Positions 50,901 through 55,005 of a DNA stretch of 64,000 nucleotides are shown here, piece by piece. Below the pieces are notes generated by a model. It was not told the origin of the DNA. It saw only the letters and a list, made by a program, of their open reading frames with translations, and did not search any database. The stretch is from Lingula anatina. Its lineage: Eukaryota > Animalia > Brachiopoda. The position numbers and the translations under genes were made by a program. The stretch covers positions 17,584,651 through 17,648,650 of the forward strand of contig CM120647.1 of NCBI GenBank assembly GCA_051362555.1, written 5' to 3'. How positions within the stretch are numbered: the first letter of the stretch is position 1; the number at the start of each line of letters is the position of its first letter.

Positions 50901-52642
50901 TCTTTCTCATTTGACATACCACTAAAACCTTTGAGGTATCAAATACATTGTGTATATGTCGAGCACATTTCTAGTATCTGGTATGTCCTTAAGGTGTCAT
51001 ATGTTTGTATGTGAATATGTGGAACACATTTCTAGTATGCGACTTCATCTTTTCAGCTCTTGGAAGTGTCCAGGGTGTAGGAGTCATAGGTGGCAACACT
51101 TTGTCCCCCTTTCTGAATTTCCCAAGCTTCACAAGGCAGCCTCTGGCATTCCCAGTCACAGAGAGCCCACTCACTGTGGGGACCACTGTGGGGAGAAGCT
51201 CCACGGGGGCGGGGGCAGGTGGCACAGGTGGAGGAACGACTGGAACTGGTTCTGGAACTGTAGGATCTGGTTCTGGTACTGTTGGATCTGGTACATCAGG
51301 CTCAGGAACAATTGGATCCAGTTCTGGTGGAGTTGGTTCTGGTTCTGGAATGGCAGGATCTGGAAGTGGATCTGGAAGTGTTACTGTGATTGGACCTGGT
51401 TCAGGCTCAGTTGGAATTGGCATTGGTTCATCAGGAGGCGGAGCTGGTACAGGAGGAAGTGGAGGTAATTTGGGTGGGACAACCATCATTGGAGGAACAG
51501 GAGGTAGTTCAAGTGGGACAACCATTATTGGAGGAAGTGGAGGTAGTTTGGGTGGGACAACCATCATTGGAGGAACTGGAGGTAGTTCGGGTGGCACAAC
51601 CATCATTGGAGGAACTGGAGGTAGTTCAGGTGGGACAACCATCATTAGAGGAACTGGAGGTAGTTCGGGTGGGACAACCATCATTGGAGGAACTGGAGGT
51701 AGTTCGGGTGGCACAACCATCATTGGAGGAACTGGAGGTAGTTCAGGTGGGACAACCATCATTGGAGGAACTGGAGGTAGTTCGGGTGGGACAACAATTA
51801 TTGGAGGAACTGGTGAAACTGGCCACTGGCATGTCTACAATGTAAACACAGGTGTTCTTGGTCCACTGCCTGGTCAAACAGATGGGCACTGGCATCTAAA
51901 TGGAGGTACTGGCCAGACCACTGGTCAGTCACAAGGACAGGCCTCCAGTACAGGACACTGGCATGTGTACAACTACAACAACCCTCCTACTTCAAACAGT
52001 GGGGCCTTCAATACTGGGATCCCTGCATTTAATTATGGATCACAATATGGTGGCAGCGGTGGGTCGGGCACCTTAGCCTCAGGCACAGGTGGCACTGGTT
52101 ACATCTTGGTTGGTACCCCAGGAAATCAAAGGTGGGTGCTGTCGGGCAGTGTGGGTGGAACTGGAGGGTATAATTACTACAGCAGCACTGGCACAGTGAA
52201 TGGTGGTTACATTGGTGGCACAGGAACTATAAGAATCTACCACAATGGACCTGATGTGGTTCTTGGCAGCACCTCAGCAGGAGACACTGTGAACAGTGAA
52301 ACTGGCACGAGAAATGATGGCACCACAGGAAGTGGTTCCAATGAAGGAGGAAGCACCACAGGAGGAAGTGGTTCCTCTGGTTTTCAAAGCAGCACAGGAG
52401 TTGTGAGCCCAGGAATGATCGGTTTCCGCCCAAGCGGTGGGACAGACCAACCCACTCCAGGTGGAACACAGGGCGAAACTGGCTCAAGTAACTCTAAGCT
52501 GGCCAATAGTATAATAGGTCAAAGTTCATTAAGTGCATTTGGTGTGTTCCCTGGGATGTCCCCCTCTGTCTGGCCAGGGGGGTCAAGTGGTCCAAGGTCA
52601 AGGGTCAGCAGGTCGACAGAGACTGAGGTGTCACAGGACTAG
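17..52642 (+). CDS. Giant multi-CCP/Sushi-domain protein, 5'-partial: 90 single-domain exons plus Gly/Ser/Thr-rich terminal exon (about 6,090 aa in window)
   Basis: 90 exons flanked by AG/GT, all lengths multiples of 3, all phase 1-1, each reading C-x(2-3)-PP...Y-x-C-xx-G-[YF]...G...C-xx-G-x-[WFY]...C. Consecutive junction codons never form a stop. Terminal exon ends at TAG 52640-52642. Confidence 0.9.
509..697 (+). CDS. CCP exon 2
   Basis: 189 nt, AAG acceptor, PCSAPPSI..ALTCQ. Confidence 0.87.
1047..1235 (+). CDS. CCP exon 3
   Basis: 189 nt, AAG acceptor, TCSAPPSV..ALNCQ. Confidence 0.87.
1267..1571 (+). mobile_element. Non-autonomous Helentron-type element (HINE/DINE-1-like)
   Basis: Subterminal inverted repeat ACCTCTGCTAAGG 1269-1281 / CCTTGGCAGAGGT 1533-1545, (TGTC)n microsatellite, 3' hairpin and CTAG end; absent from the paralogous intron after exon 2. 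Confidence 0.8.
1756..1944 (+). CDS. CCP exon 4
   Basis: 189 nt, near copy of exon 1. Confidence 0.88.
2214..2402 (+). CDS. CCP exon 5
   Basis: 189 nt, TCSAPSSV..ALTCQ. Confidence 0.87.
2708..2896 (+). CDS. CCP exon 6
   Basis: 189 nt, TCAAAPVV..AFVCQ. Confidence 0.88.
3162..3350 (+). CDS. CCP exon 7
   Basis: 189 nt, TCQNPLAV..AISCR. Confidence 0.9.
3714..3899 (+). CDS. CCP exon 8
   Basis: 186 nt, ICPSPPSV..ALFCA. Confidence 0.9.
4004..4075. repeat. (AAT)n/(AAC)n microsatellite
   Basis: Direct read. Confidence 0.95.
4167..4358 (+). CDS. CCP exon 9
   Basis: 192 nt, NCPSPPTI..PIECQ. Confidence 0.88.
4453..4487. repeat. (TG)n microsatellite
   Basis: Direct read. Confidence 0.95.
5028..5216 (+). 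CDS. CCP exon 10
   Basis: 189 nt, TCLTAPVV..ATRCQ. Confidence 0.88.
5420..5608 (+). CDS. CCP exon 11
   Basis: 189 nt, LCQSPPEV..SMVCQ. Confidence 0.87.
5945..6133 (+). CDS. CCP exon 12
   Basis: 189 nt, SCNSIPEV..ALVCQ. Confidence 0.88.
6495..6675. repeat. Degenerate minisatellite of (ATTGTGNTAGGTTGTG)-like units
   Basis: Repeated GTTGTGATT / ATTGTGTTAGG words. Confidence 0.7.
6713..6901 (+). CDS. CCP exon 13
   Basis: 189 nt, TCAQGPPTV..VLNCT. Confidence 0.9.
7156..7341 (+). CDS. CCP exon 14
   Basis: 186 nt, SCTVPPTV..ALVCE. Confidence 0.88.
7563..7748 (+). CDS. CCP exon 15
   Basis: 186 nt, GCPGDTPNV..PIICQ. Confidence 0.9.
8163..8351 (+). CDS. CCP exon 16
   Basis: 189 nt, SCASGPPIV..SLVCT. 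Confidence 0.9.
8380..8475. repeat. 22-bp minisatellite x4 (CACATCTAACACAATCTAGGGT)
   Basis: Units at 8380, 8402, 8424, 8446. Confidence 0.92.
8899..9087 (+). CDS. CCP exon 17
   Basis: 189 nt, GCPLSPPTV..AISCE. Confidence 0.9.
9353..9538 (+). CDS. CCP exon 18
   Basis: 186 nt, GCAERPPNV..ALVCS. Confidence 0.9.
9933..10118 (+). CDS. CCP exon 19
   Basis: 186 nt, GCSDPPKNV..TIVCQ. Confidence 0.9.
10607..10792 (+). CDS. CCP exon 20
   Basis: 186 nt, GCANSPRSI..AIVCE. Confidence 0.9.
11047..11232 (+). CDS. CCP exon 21
   Basis: 186 nt, GCADSPPSV..AIVCK. Confidence 0.9.
11492..11677 (+). CDS. CCP exon 22
   Basis: 186 nt, GCANSPPSI..TIVCE. Confidence 0.9.
11859..12044 (+). CDS. CCP exon 23
   Basis: 186 nt, GCANSPPSV..AIVCE. 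Confidence 0.9.
12312..12497 (+). CDS. CCP exon 24
   Basis: 186 nt, GCANSPPSV..TIVCK. Confidence 0.9.
12880..13065 (+). CDS. CCP exon 25
   Basis: 186 nt, GCADSPPSV..TVVCE. Confidence 0.9.
13398..13580. mobile_element. Degenerate MITE-like remnant
   Basis: Imperfect inverted repeat GGTAATTACTCACA.. / ..TGTGAGTATTTACC. Confidence 0.4.
13689..13874 (+). CDS. CCP exon 26
   Basis: 186 nt, AAG acceptor, GCPQHPPNV..TIVCE. Confidence 0.87.
14375..14563 (+). CDS. CCP exon 27
   Basis: 189 nt, GCIIAPPTV..AISCE. Confidence 0.9.
14864..15049 (+). CDS. CCP exon 28
   Basis: 186 nt, GCADRPPSV..ALVCQ. Confidence 0.88.
15803..15991 (+). CDS. CCP exon 29
   Basis: 189 nt, GCSISPPSV..AISCE. Confidence 0.9.
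16273..16458 (+). CDS. CCP exon 30
   Basis: 186 nt, GCRNMPPNI..AIVCE. Confidence 0.9.
16776..19121 (+). mobile_element. Non-autonomous Helentron-type element (HINE) carrying a satellite array
   Basis: TTGTACCACCAGC 16776-16788 perfectly complementary to GCTGGTGGTACAA 19072-19084; 5' hairpin, (CCGCCGGCT)n, 3' hairpin GAGGCG-gtat-CGCCTC, CTAGTT end. Confidence 0.82.
17791..18917. repeat. 146-bp tandem satellite, about 7.7 copies
   Basis: TATCTCCAAAACTGGC recurs at 17791, 17937, 18083, 18229, 18375, 18521, 18667 and (degenerate) about 18813. Confidence 0.95.
19227..19415 (+). CDS. CCP exon 31
   Basis: 189 nt, GCQGTPPTV..AISCE. Confidence 0.9.
19837..20025 (+). CDS. CCP exon 32
   Basis: 189 nt, GCENPPSSM..PIRCQ. 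Confidence 0.9.
20379..20567 (+). CDS. CCP exon 33
   Basis: 189 nt, GCQGNPPTV..AISCE. Confidence 0.9.
20789..20928. repeat. 42-bp minisatellite x3.3 containing CACATCTAACACAAT
   Basis: Units at 20789, 20831, 20873, 20915. Confidence 0.92.
20973..21158 (+). CDS. CCP exon 34
   Basis: 186 nt, GCAGAPPNA..AIVCQ. Confidence 0.9.
21654..21830 (+). CDS. CCP exon 35
   Basis: 177 nt, GCGTPPQI..RLQCQ. Confidence 0.9.
22130..22296. mobile_element. Degenerate MITE (CAGGGG..GGAT termini)
   Basis: CAGGGGTGGATTTAG / CTGGATCCGCCTCTG imperfect TIRs. Confidence 0.55.
22399..22587 (+). CDS. CCP exon 36
   Basis: 189 nt, GCAQGAPTV..ALVCE. Confidence 0.9.
22857..23042 (+). CDS. CCP exon 37
   Basis: 186 nt, A-rich (weak) acceptor, GCSGEPQRV..PIACQ. 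Confidence 0.86.
23021..23166 (+). repeat. 51-bp tandem triplication of the exon 37 3' end and donor
   Basis: GAAGGACCA..GCTTGTCAG at 23021, 23072, 23123. Confidence 0.88.
23365..23553 (+). CDS. CCP exon 38
   Basis: 189 nt, GCKNGPVEV..QIKCE. Confidence 0.9.
23658..23755. repeat. 20-bp inverted repeat (small MITE or hairpin)
   Basis: AACAGATTAACACTCCTCCT / AGGAGGAGTGTTAATTTGTT, 1 mismatch. Confidence 0.7.
24083..24268 (+). CDS. CCP exon 39
   Basis: 186 nt, GCFSPPPV..PLRCQ. Confidence 0.9.
24664..24849 (+). CDS. CCP exon 40
   Basis: 186 nt, GCPGQPPEI..PIVCQ. Confidence 0.9.
25222..25392 (+). repeat. About 60-bp tandem triplication of the exon 41 branch point/acceptor
   Basis: TCACA(T/A)CTAAC..CT(A/G)GTTG(C/T)(A/G)CAGGC units at 25225, 25288, 25348. 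Confidence 0.75.
25379..25567 (+). CDS. CCP exon 41
   Basis: 189 nt, GCAGSPPVV..ALRCA. Confidence 0.9.
25745..25936 (+). CDS. CCP exon 42
   Basis: 192 nt, GCGGTPPSV..VLQCS. Confidence 0.9.
26163..26339 (+). CDS. CCP exon 43
   Basis: 177 nt, GCPPPPQI..RIACA. Confidence 0.9.
26757..26936 (+). CDS. CCP exon 44
   Basis: 180 nt, GCSEDPPST..PLTCE. Confidence 0.9.
27302..27481 (+). CDS. CCP exon 45
   Basis: 180 nt, GCQQNPPAL..YIQCQ. Confidence 0.9.
27676..27849 (+). CDS. CCP exon 46
   Basis: 174 nt, ACPTPPSN..PLVCN. Confidence 0.9.
27853..28065. repeat. Compound (TG)n/(GA)n microsatellite
   Basis: Direct read. Confidence 0.95.
28387..28563 (+). CDS. CCP exon 47
   Basis: 177 nt, GCTTPPSI..RMTCG. 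Confidence 0.9.
28928..29107 (+). CDS. CCP exon 48
   Basis: 180 nt, GCTSDPVAP..RLTCS. Confidence 0.9.
29427..29606 (+). CDS. CCP exon 49
   Basis: 180 nt, GCLSPPPSI..RIQCQ. Confidence 0.9.
29941..30117 (+). CDS. CCP exon 50
   Basis: 177 nt, GCTTIPNI..QIVCI. Confidence 0.9.
30450..30638 (+). CDS. CCP exon 51 (extended linker)
   Basis: 189 nt, ATVSCSTEPP..RIVCA. Confidence 0.87.
30813..30992 (+). CDS. CCP exon 52
   Basis: 180 nt, GCSGNPPKI..IPQCR. Confidence 0.9.
31280..31459 (+). CDS. CCP exon 53
   Basis: 180 nt, GCLQAPPTI..PLICE. Confidence 0.9.
31815..31991 (+). CDS. CCP exon 54
   Basis: 177 nt, GCPAPPQV..RIQCS. Confidence 0.9.
32220..32411 (+). CDS. CCP exon 55
   Basis: 192 nt, GCAGSPEVV..ALVCQ. 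Confidence 0.9.
32760..32939 (+). CDS. CCP exon 56
   Basis: 180 nt, GCQGAPPTI..PLQCA. Confidence 0.88.
32969..32997. repeat. (GA)n microsatellite
   Basis: Direct read. Confidence 0.95.
33187..33366 (+). CDS. CCP exon 57
   Basis: 180 nt, GCESQPPSV..RLNCQ. Confidence 0.9.
33615..33800 (+). CDS. CCP exon 58
   Basis: 186 nt, GCSQSLPEV..ELQCR. Confidence 0.9.
34208..34384 (+). CDS. CCP exon 59
   Basis: 177 nt, GCTEVPTI..NIVCE. Confidence 0.9.
34717..34905 (+). CDS. CCP exon 60 (extended linker)
   Basis: 189 nt, EKIECIREPP..RIQCA. Confidence 0.87.
35144..35323 (+). CDS. CCP exon 61
   Basis: 180 nt, GCKEAPSV..PLVCR. Confidence 0.9.
35645..35824 (+). CDS. CCP exon 62
   Basis: 180 nt, GCSGTPPTP..ALVCE. 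Confidence 0.9.
36162..36341 (+). CDS. CCP exon 63
   Basis: 180 nt, GCSGSPPSV..RIRCQ. Confidence 0.88.
36737..36925 (+). CDS. CCP exon 64
   Basis: 189 nt, GCPNQPPQI..SIRCQ. Confidence 0.9.
36928..37200. repeat. 17-bp minisatellite (GTGTGTTAGGTGTGACA) interleaved with copies of the exon 64 3' end
   Basis: Direct read; exon-end copies near 36978 and 37125. Confidence 0.88.
37494..37676 (+). CDS. CCP exon 65
   Basis: 183 nt, GCSDSPPSI..RLVCQ. Confidence 0.9.
37889..38068 (+). CDS. CCP exon 66
   Basis: 180 nt, GCDNEPPSI..RLQCR. Confidence 0.9.
38385..38627 (+). CDS. CCP exon 67 with Gly-X-Y insert
   Basis: 243 nt, GCSQNPPFI..GSTGPQGSSGPLGPV..RIKCE. Confidence 0.9.
38916..39092 (+). CDS. CCP exon 68
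   Basis: 177 nt, GCVSAPVI..RLQCE. Confidence 0.9.
39336..39524 (+). CDS. CCP exon 69 (extended linker)
   Basis: 189 nt, KIVGCYQEPP..NIVCR. Confidence 0.9.
39820..39999 (+). CDS. CCP exon 70
   Basis: 180 nt, GCPSNPPDA..LIQCQ. Confidence 0.88.
40309..40482 (+). CDS. CCP exon 71
   Basis: 174 nt, GCGNPPSI..RIVCE. Confidence 0.88.
40772..40951 (+). CDS. CCP exon 72
   Basis: 180 nt, GCLGNPPEV..VIDCR. Confidence 0.88.
41303..41485 (+). CDS. CCP exon 73
   Basis: 183 nt, GCAGSPPTI..RLQCD. Confidence 0.9.
41757..41939 (+). CDS. CCP exon 74
   Basis: 183 nt, GCLQQPPSV..SMVCR. Confidence 0.9.
42331..42513 (+). CDS. CCP exon 75
   Basis: 183 nt, GCSASPPVV..LIICA. Confidence 0.9.
42845..43024 (+). CDS. 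CCP exon 76
   Basis: 180 nt, GCTEAPPIV..HLECE. Confidence 0.88.
43344..43523 (+). CDS. CCP exon 77
   Basis: 180 nt, GCAEMPPDV..RIVCQ. Confidence 0.9.
43917..44096 (+). CDS. CCP exon 78
   Basis: 180 nt, GCLQSPPTI..RIVCA. Confidence 0.9.
44382..44558 (+). CDS. CCP exon 79
   Basis: 177 nt, AAG acceptor, GCTGAPPSL..RIVCT. Confidence 0.86.
44769..44963 (+). CDS. CCP exon 80 (extended linker)
   Basis: 195 nt, DTIPTNTCSMPP..LIQCA. Confidence 0.88.
45300..45479 (+). CDS. CCP exon 81
   Basis: 180 nt, GCVVTPPNV..RIVCQ. Confidence 0.9.
46006..46179 (+). CDS. CCP exon 82
   Basis: 174 nt, GCKDAPSI..LLVCQ. Confidence 0.9.
46618..46797 (+). CDS. CCP exon 83
   Basis: 180 nt, GCSGPPPTI..LLQCT. Confidence 0.9.
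47062..47250 (+). CDS. CCP exon 84 (acceptor ambiguous: 47062/47068/47074)
   Basis: 189 nt from first AG, ADTDSCSEPP..ILQCQ. Confidence 0.8.
47592..47828 (+). CDS. CCP exon 85 with Gly-X-Y insert
   Basis: 237 nt, GCAEPPPFI..GMTGPQGSTGPQGLP..RIRCE. Confidence 0.9.
48427..48603 (+). CDS. CCP exon 86
   Basis: 177 nt, GCSGTPPSI..RIICQ. Confidence 0.9.
48731..48925 (+). CDS. CCP exon 87 (extended linker)
   Basis: 195 nt, NVTPSNQCSVPP..RIQCT. Confidence 0.88.
49125..49340. repeat. (TTTA)n-rich low-complexity duplication
   Basis: Direct read. Confidence 0.8.
49357..49536 (+). CDS. CCP exon 88
   Basis: 180 nt, GCVMAPPEI..RIVCQ. Confidence 0.9.
49847..50020 (+). CDS. CCP exon 89
   Basis: 174 nt, GCKEAPSI..LLVCQ. 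Confidence 0.9.
50416..50595 (+). CDS. CCP exon 90
   Basis: 180 nt, GCLQHPPTL..PLQCS. Confidence 0.9.
51057..52642 (+). CDS. Terminal exon: about 528-aa Gly/Ser/Thr-rich low-complexity tail
   Basis: TTTTCAG acceptor at 51056, phase 1 matching exon 90, open to TAG 52642 (same frame as ORF 51005..52642). Confidence 0.88.
51473..51814 (+). repeat. Coding tandem repeat, 39-bp unit x about 9 (GGTTIIGGTGGSS)
   Basis: Units start at 51473 + 39n up to 51785. Confidence 0.95.
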
Positions 52643-53635
52643 ACATTGTTGAGATGACTCTTATCAACTTACATTTATGCTCATTTGTATTTTGATTTGT
52701 AGATAACAAGTTATAAGCTCTGCTTACTGTAGTTGAATGATCTTGTGGATAACATGTAATTTATGGTCACTTTCAGTACTGTGCATTTTCCTAGTCCACT
52801 GGGTAGTTCTTAGGACACAGTTGATGTATCTTACTTTGTTCTAGTAAGGGACCCAGAAAAAATGTAGCCTACTTGATATTAATGTAAGATGTGTCATTCA
52901 TTTGAGGATGCTGTAAAATTCAATTGCTGAATCAACAATTTTCCTTAAGGTGCACTTGAACCTGGCATAGTAATACCGTCATCCGTGTGTTTGGAAATCT
53001 CCAAATGGTGTTCCTGACTTAAAACATATTATCAATTTTTGTAAAGATTACCATTTTTCAGCATGAAAAAGCCTTAGTAAAAGGGGGTAAAGAAATGTAC
53101 CTAATAATTACTTATTTCTTTGCTTCGATCATGGTAACTGTAATTACTTAATATCCCAATTTGGCATCTAACGGTGTATATTTTATGATTGTCTGAATAT
53201 TTTTGTATGGGCAATATTATTTTGATTATACTGCTTCCCAGAGACACTGAATTTCTGTTATTTCTAACAAGAGATATGGAGAAAGAGAGTGTGAAGTAAA
53301 AAACGTTAAACATGGACTCGGTGGTAGGTTACAGAAATAATGGGTGTTTTTTAGATTTGTAAACGACAGTTCTGTCTCTCTTCTTTTTCAAAACTTGCTC
53401 GAGGTCTTCAATAGTGTATCCAGGGTTAGGTTATCTTCCGTTATCTTTGGATTTTTGATAAGATGATATCGTACTGTCGATTGGCCTGAAATACCATATC
53501 AGAGCGGTCACGCCTCTTTATCTGTATACAGGTATTGCGGTATTATCTGAGGAATGCAATACATTGGGAGTTTCTGTCTAAAAATCTGATATAAGATGAT
53601 ATGATGTCGTCAAAAATAGCATTCTAGTATGGTTA

Positions 53636-54732
53636 GGCCACACTTTTTTAATTTTATGGATGACATCCTGCGCGCGCACCGATTTTCGTCCGTTCTCCAA
53701 AAAAAAAAAAAAAAAAATCCCCCCCACCCCCCAAGGAAGTCGGTTGTCGCAAACGTCGTGATTGAATTTGCCGGAAAATGCAATCGGCAATGCTCGGCTA
53801 ATTCCGCAAGCTCCATGCTGTCATTGTCGACTGCGGAGACATCCGAGTAGTTCCGAGTGCGGAAAATGAGCTTTCTGCGCATGCGTATTATCACCACGTG
53901 GAAATATGGCCGCTTTGCCGTCAAATTCATCTCTAGCATTAATTTCAAAATACACGACAATTAAAGTCATGAAGAGAACGAGGGCGTCGTTTTGGATTGG
54001 TTTGCCATTGATATTGGACATGGAGATATCACCTTTTTACAATTATACGAAAGGCTGGCCGCGGCCAGCGATCATCGCCCGGAAAATTTCAGTGACATTC
54101 TGTCCAAAGCAGCACATAGACTTGCCAGGGGGGGGGGGGGGGGGGGGTTTGTAGCGAAAAAAGGGTCGACAAGAGCGTCGTGGTATTTGGTGGACTGAAG
54201 GTCGGACAGGCCACCCGATAGTTGGCTGTTACGTGTGAGTCGAAGTAGACAAAATGGCATCGACCGAAATTACCTTTTTTTAGATTTGGTAGTAGGAAGC
54301 AAAGGCCTATCTTTGCTTCATTTTTTAACAATTCTGTGAAGTGTTTACAATGCTTAAATTTTCTGAGAGTACAAATAAAGACGCTGTTTATTTGATATTT
54401 GTTTTATTGATTGCTATTCCAACAGAATGCATGAAATAACCTTAAATACATTTGGTAATATGCAGCATATATATATTCATGACTTTTTACCTTTCTACGA
54501 AGTAGGCCCTATTCACAATGCTTTAATATTTTGAGAGCATGGATAAAGACATGTTGTTAGTTTGATACGTGTTTCTGTGGTAAATTAGTGTTTCCAGCTG
54601 TGTTCTGAAAACATAACTTTTCTTAAGCAGTTTTTTTTTTTTTTTGGACTGTTTTTTTTTTTTTTTTCGCCCGCTCGCACCGATTTTGGGGTCCCCAGAG
54701 GATGTCATCCATAAAAATAAAAAAGTGTGGCC
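53636..54732. mobile_element. Non-autonomous PIF/Harbinger-type DNA transposon (about 1.1 kb)
   Basis: 33-bp TIRs GGCCACACTTTTTTA(A/T)TTTTATGGATGACATCC (1 mismatch) flanked by TTA/TTA target duplication; no transposase ORF. Confidence 0.85.
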
Positions 54733-54780
54733 TTATGGTGATAAAGACGGGGTGTCAAAGCCCATAAAAAGCTCTAATAT

Positions 54781-55005
54781 GAGAGAAGAGTTTCATTAGC
54801 TCTGTATGTATCATTTTAAATTATTGTTTTTCTTTTTATCAAGAGCTTATAAAATATGTAGGTTTTACCTCCAATATTTCTGTGACTGTCAGTCACCATC
54901 ACCCTAGTCATTTACTCCCTGATGATGGTGACTGACAGTCACAGAAATATTGGAGGTAAAACCTACATATTTTATAAGCTCTTGATAAAAAGAAAAACAA
55001 TAATT
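54781..55005 (+). mobile_element. Penelope-like retroelement remnant (inverted pLTR pair)
   Basis: 88-bp perfect inverted arms 54814-54901 / 54923-55010; 16-bp direct repeat TAAAAAGCTCTAATAT at 54765 and 55006; hammerhead core. Confidence 0.7.
54915..54955 (+). ncRNA. Minimal type I hammerhead ribozyme-like motif
   Basis: CTCC-CTGATGA-tgGTGACT.gac.AGTCACa-GAAA-TA-TT-GGAG: stem I CTCC/GGAG, both core boxes, stem II hairpin; G-A mismatch at the base of stem II. Confidence 0.6.

Noticed and set aside
50950-51845. Overlapping ORFs 50989..51762 (-), 51390..51845 (+) and 50950..51468 (+)
   Set aside because: Shadow frames of the Gly-rich repeat; only the 51057 frame is splice-compatible with exon 90.
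17-52642. Assigning a symbol such as SVEP1, CR1, CSMD or CFH
   Set aside because: No vWA, EGF, pentraxin, CUB or TM segments are visible, and module count and tail differ. Similarity would reflect only the shared Sushi fold.
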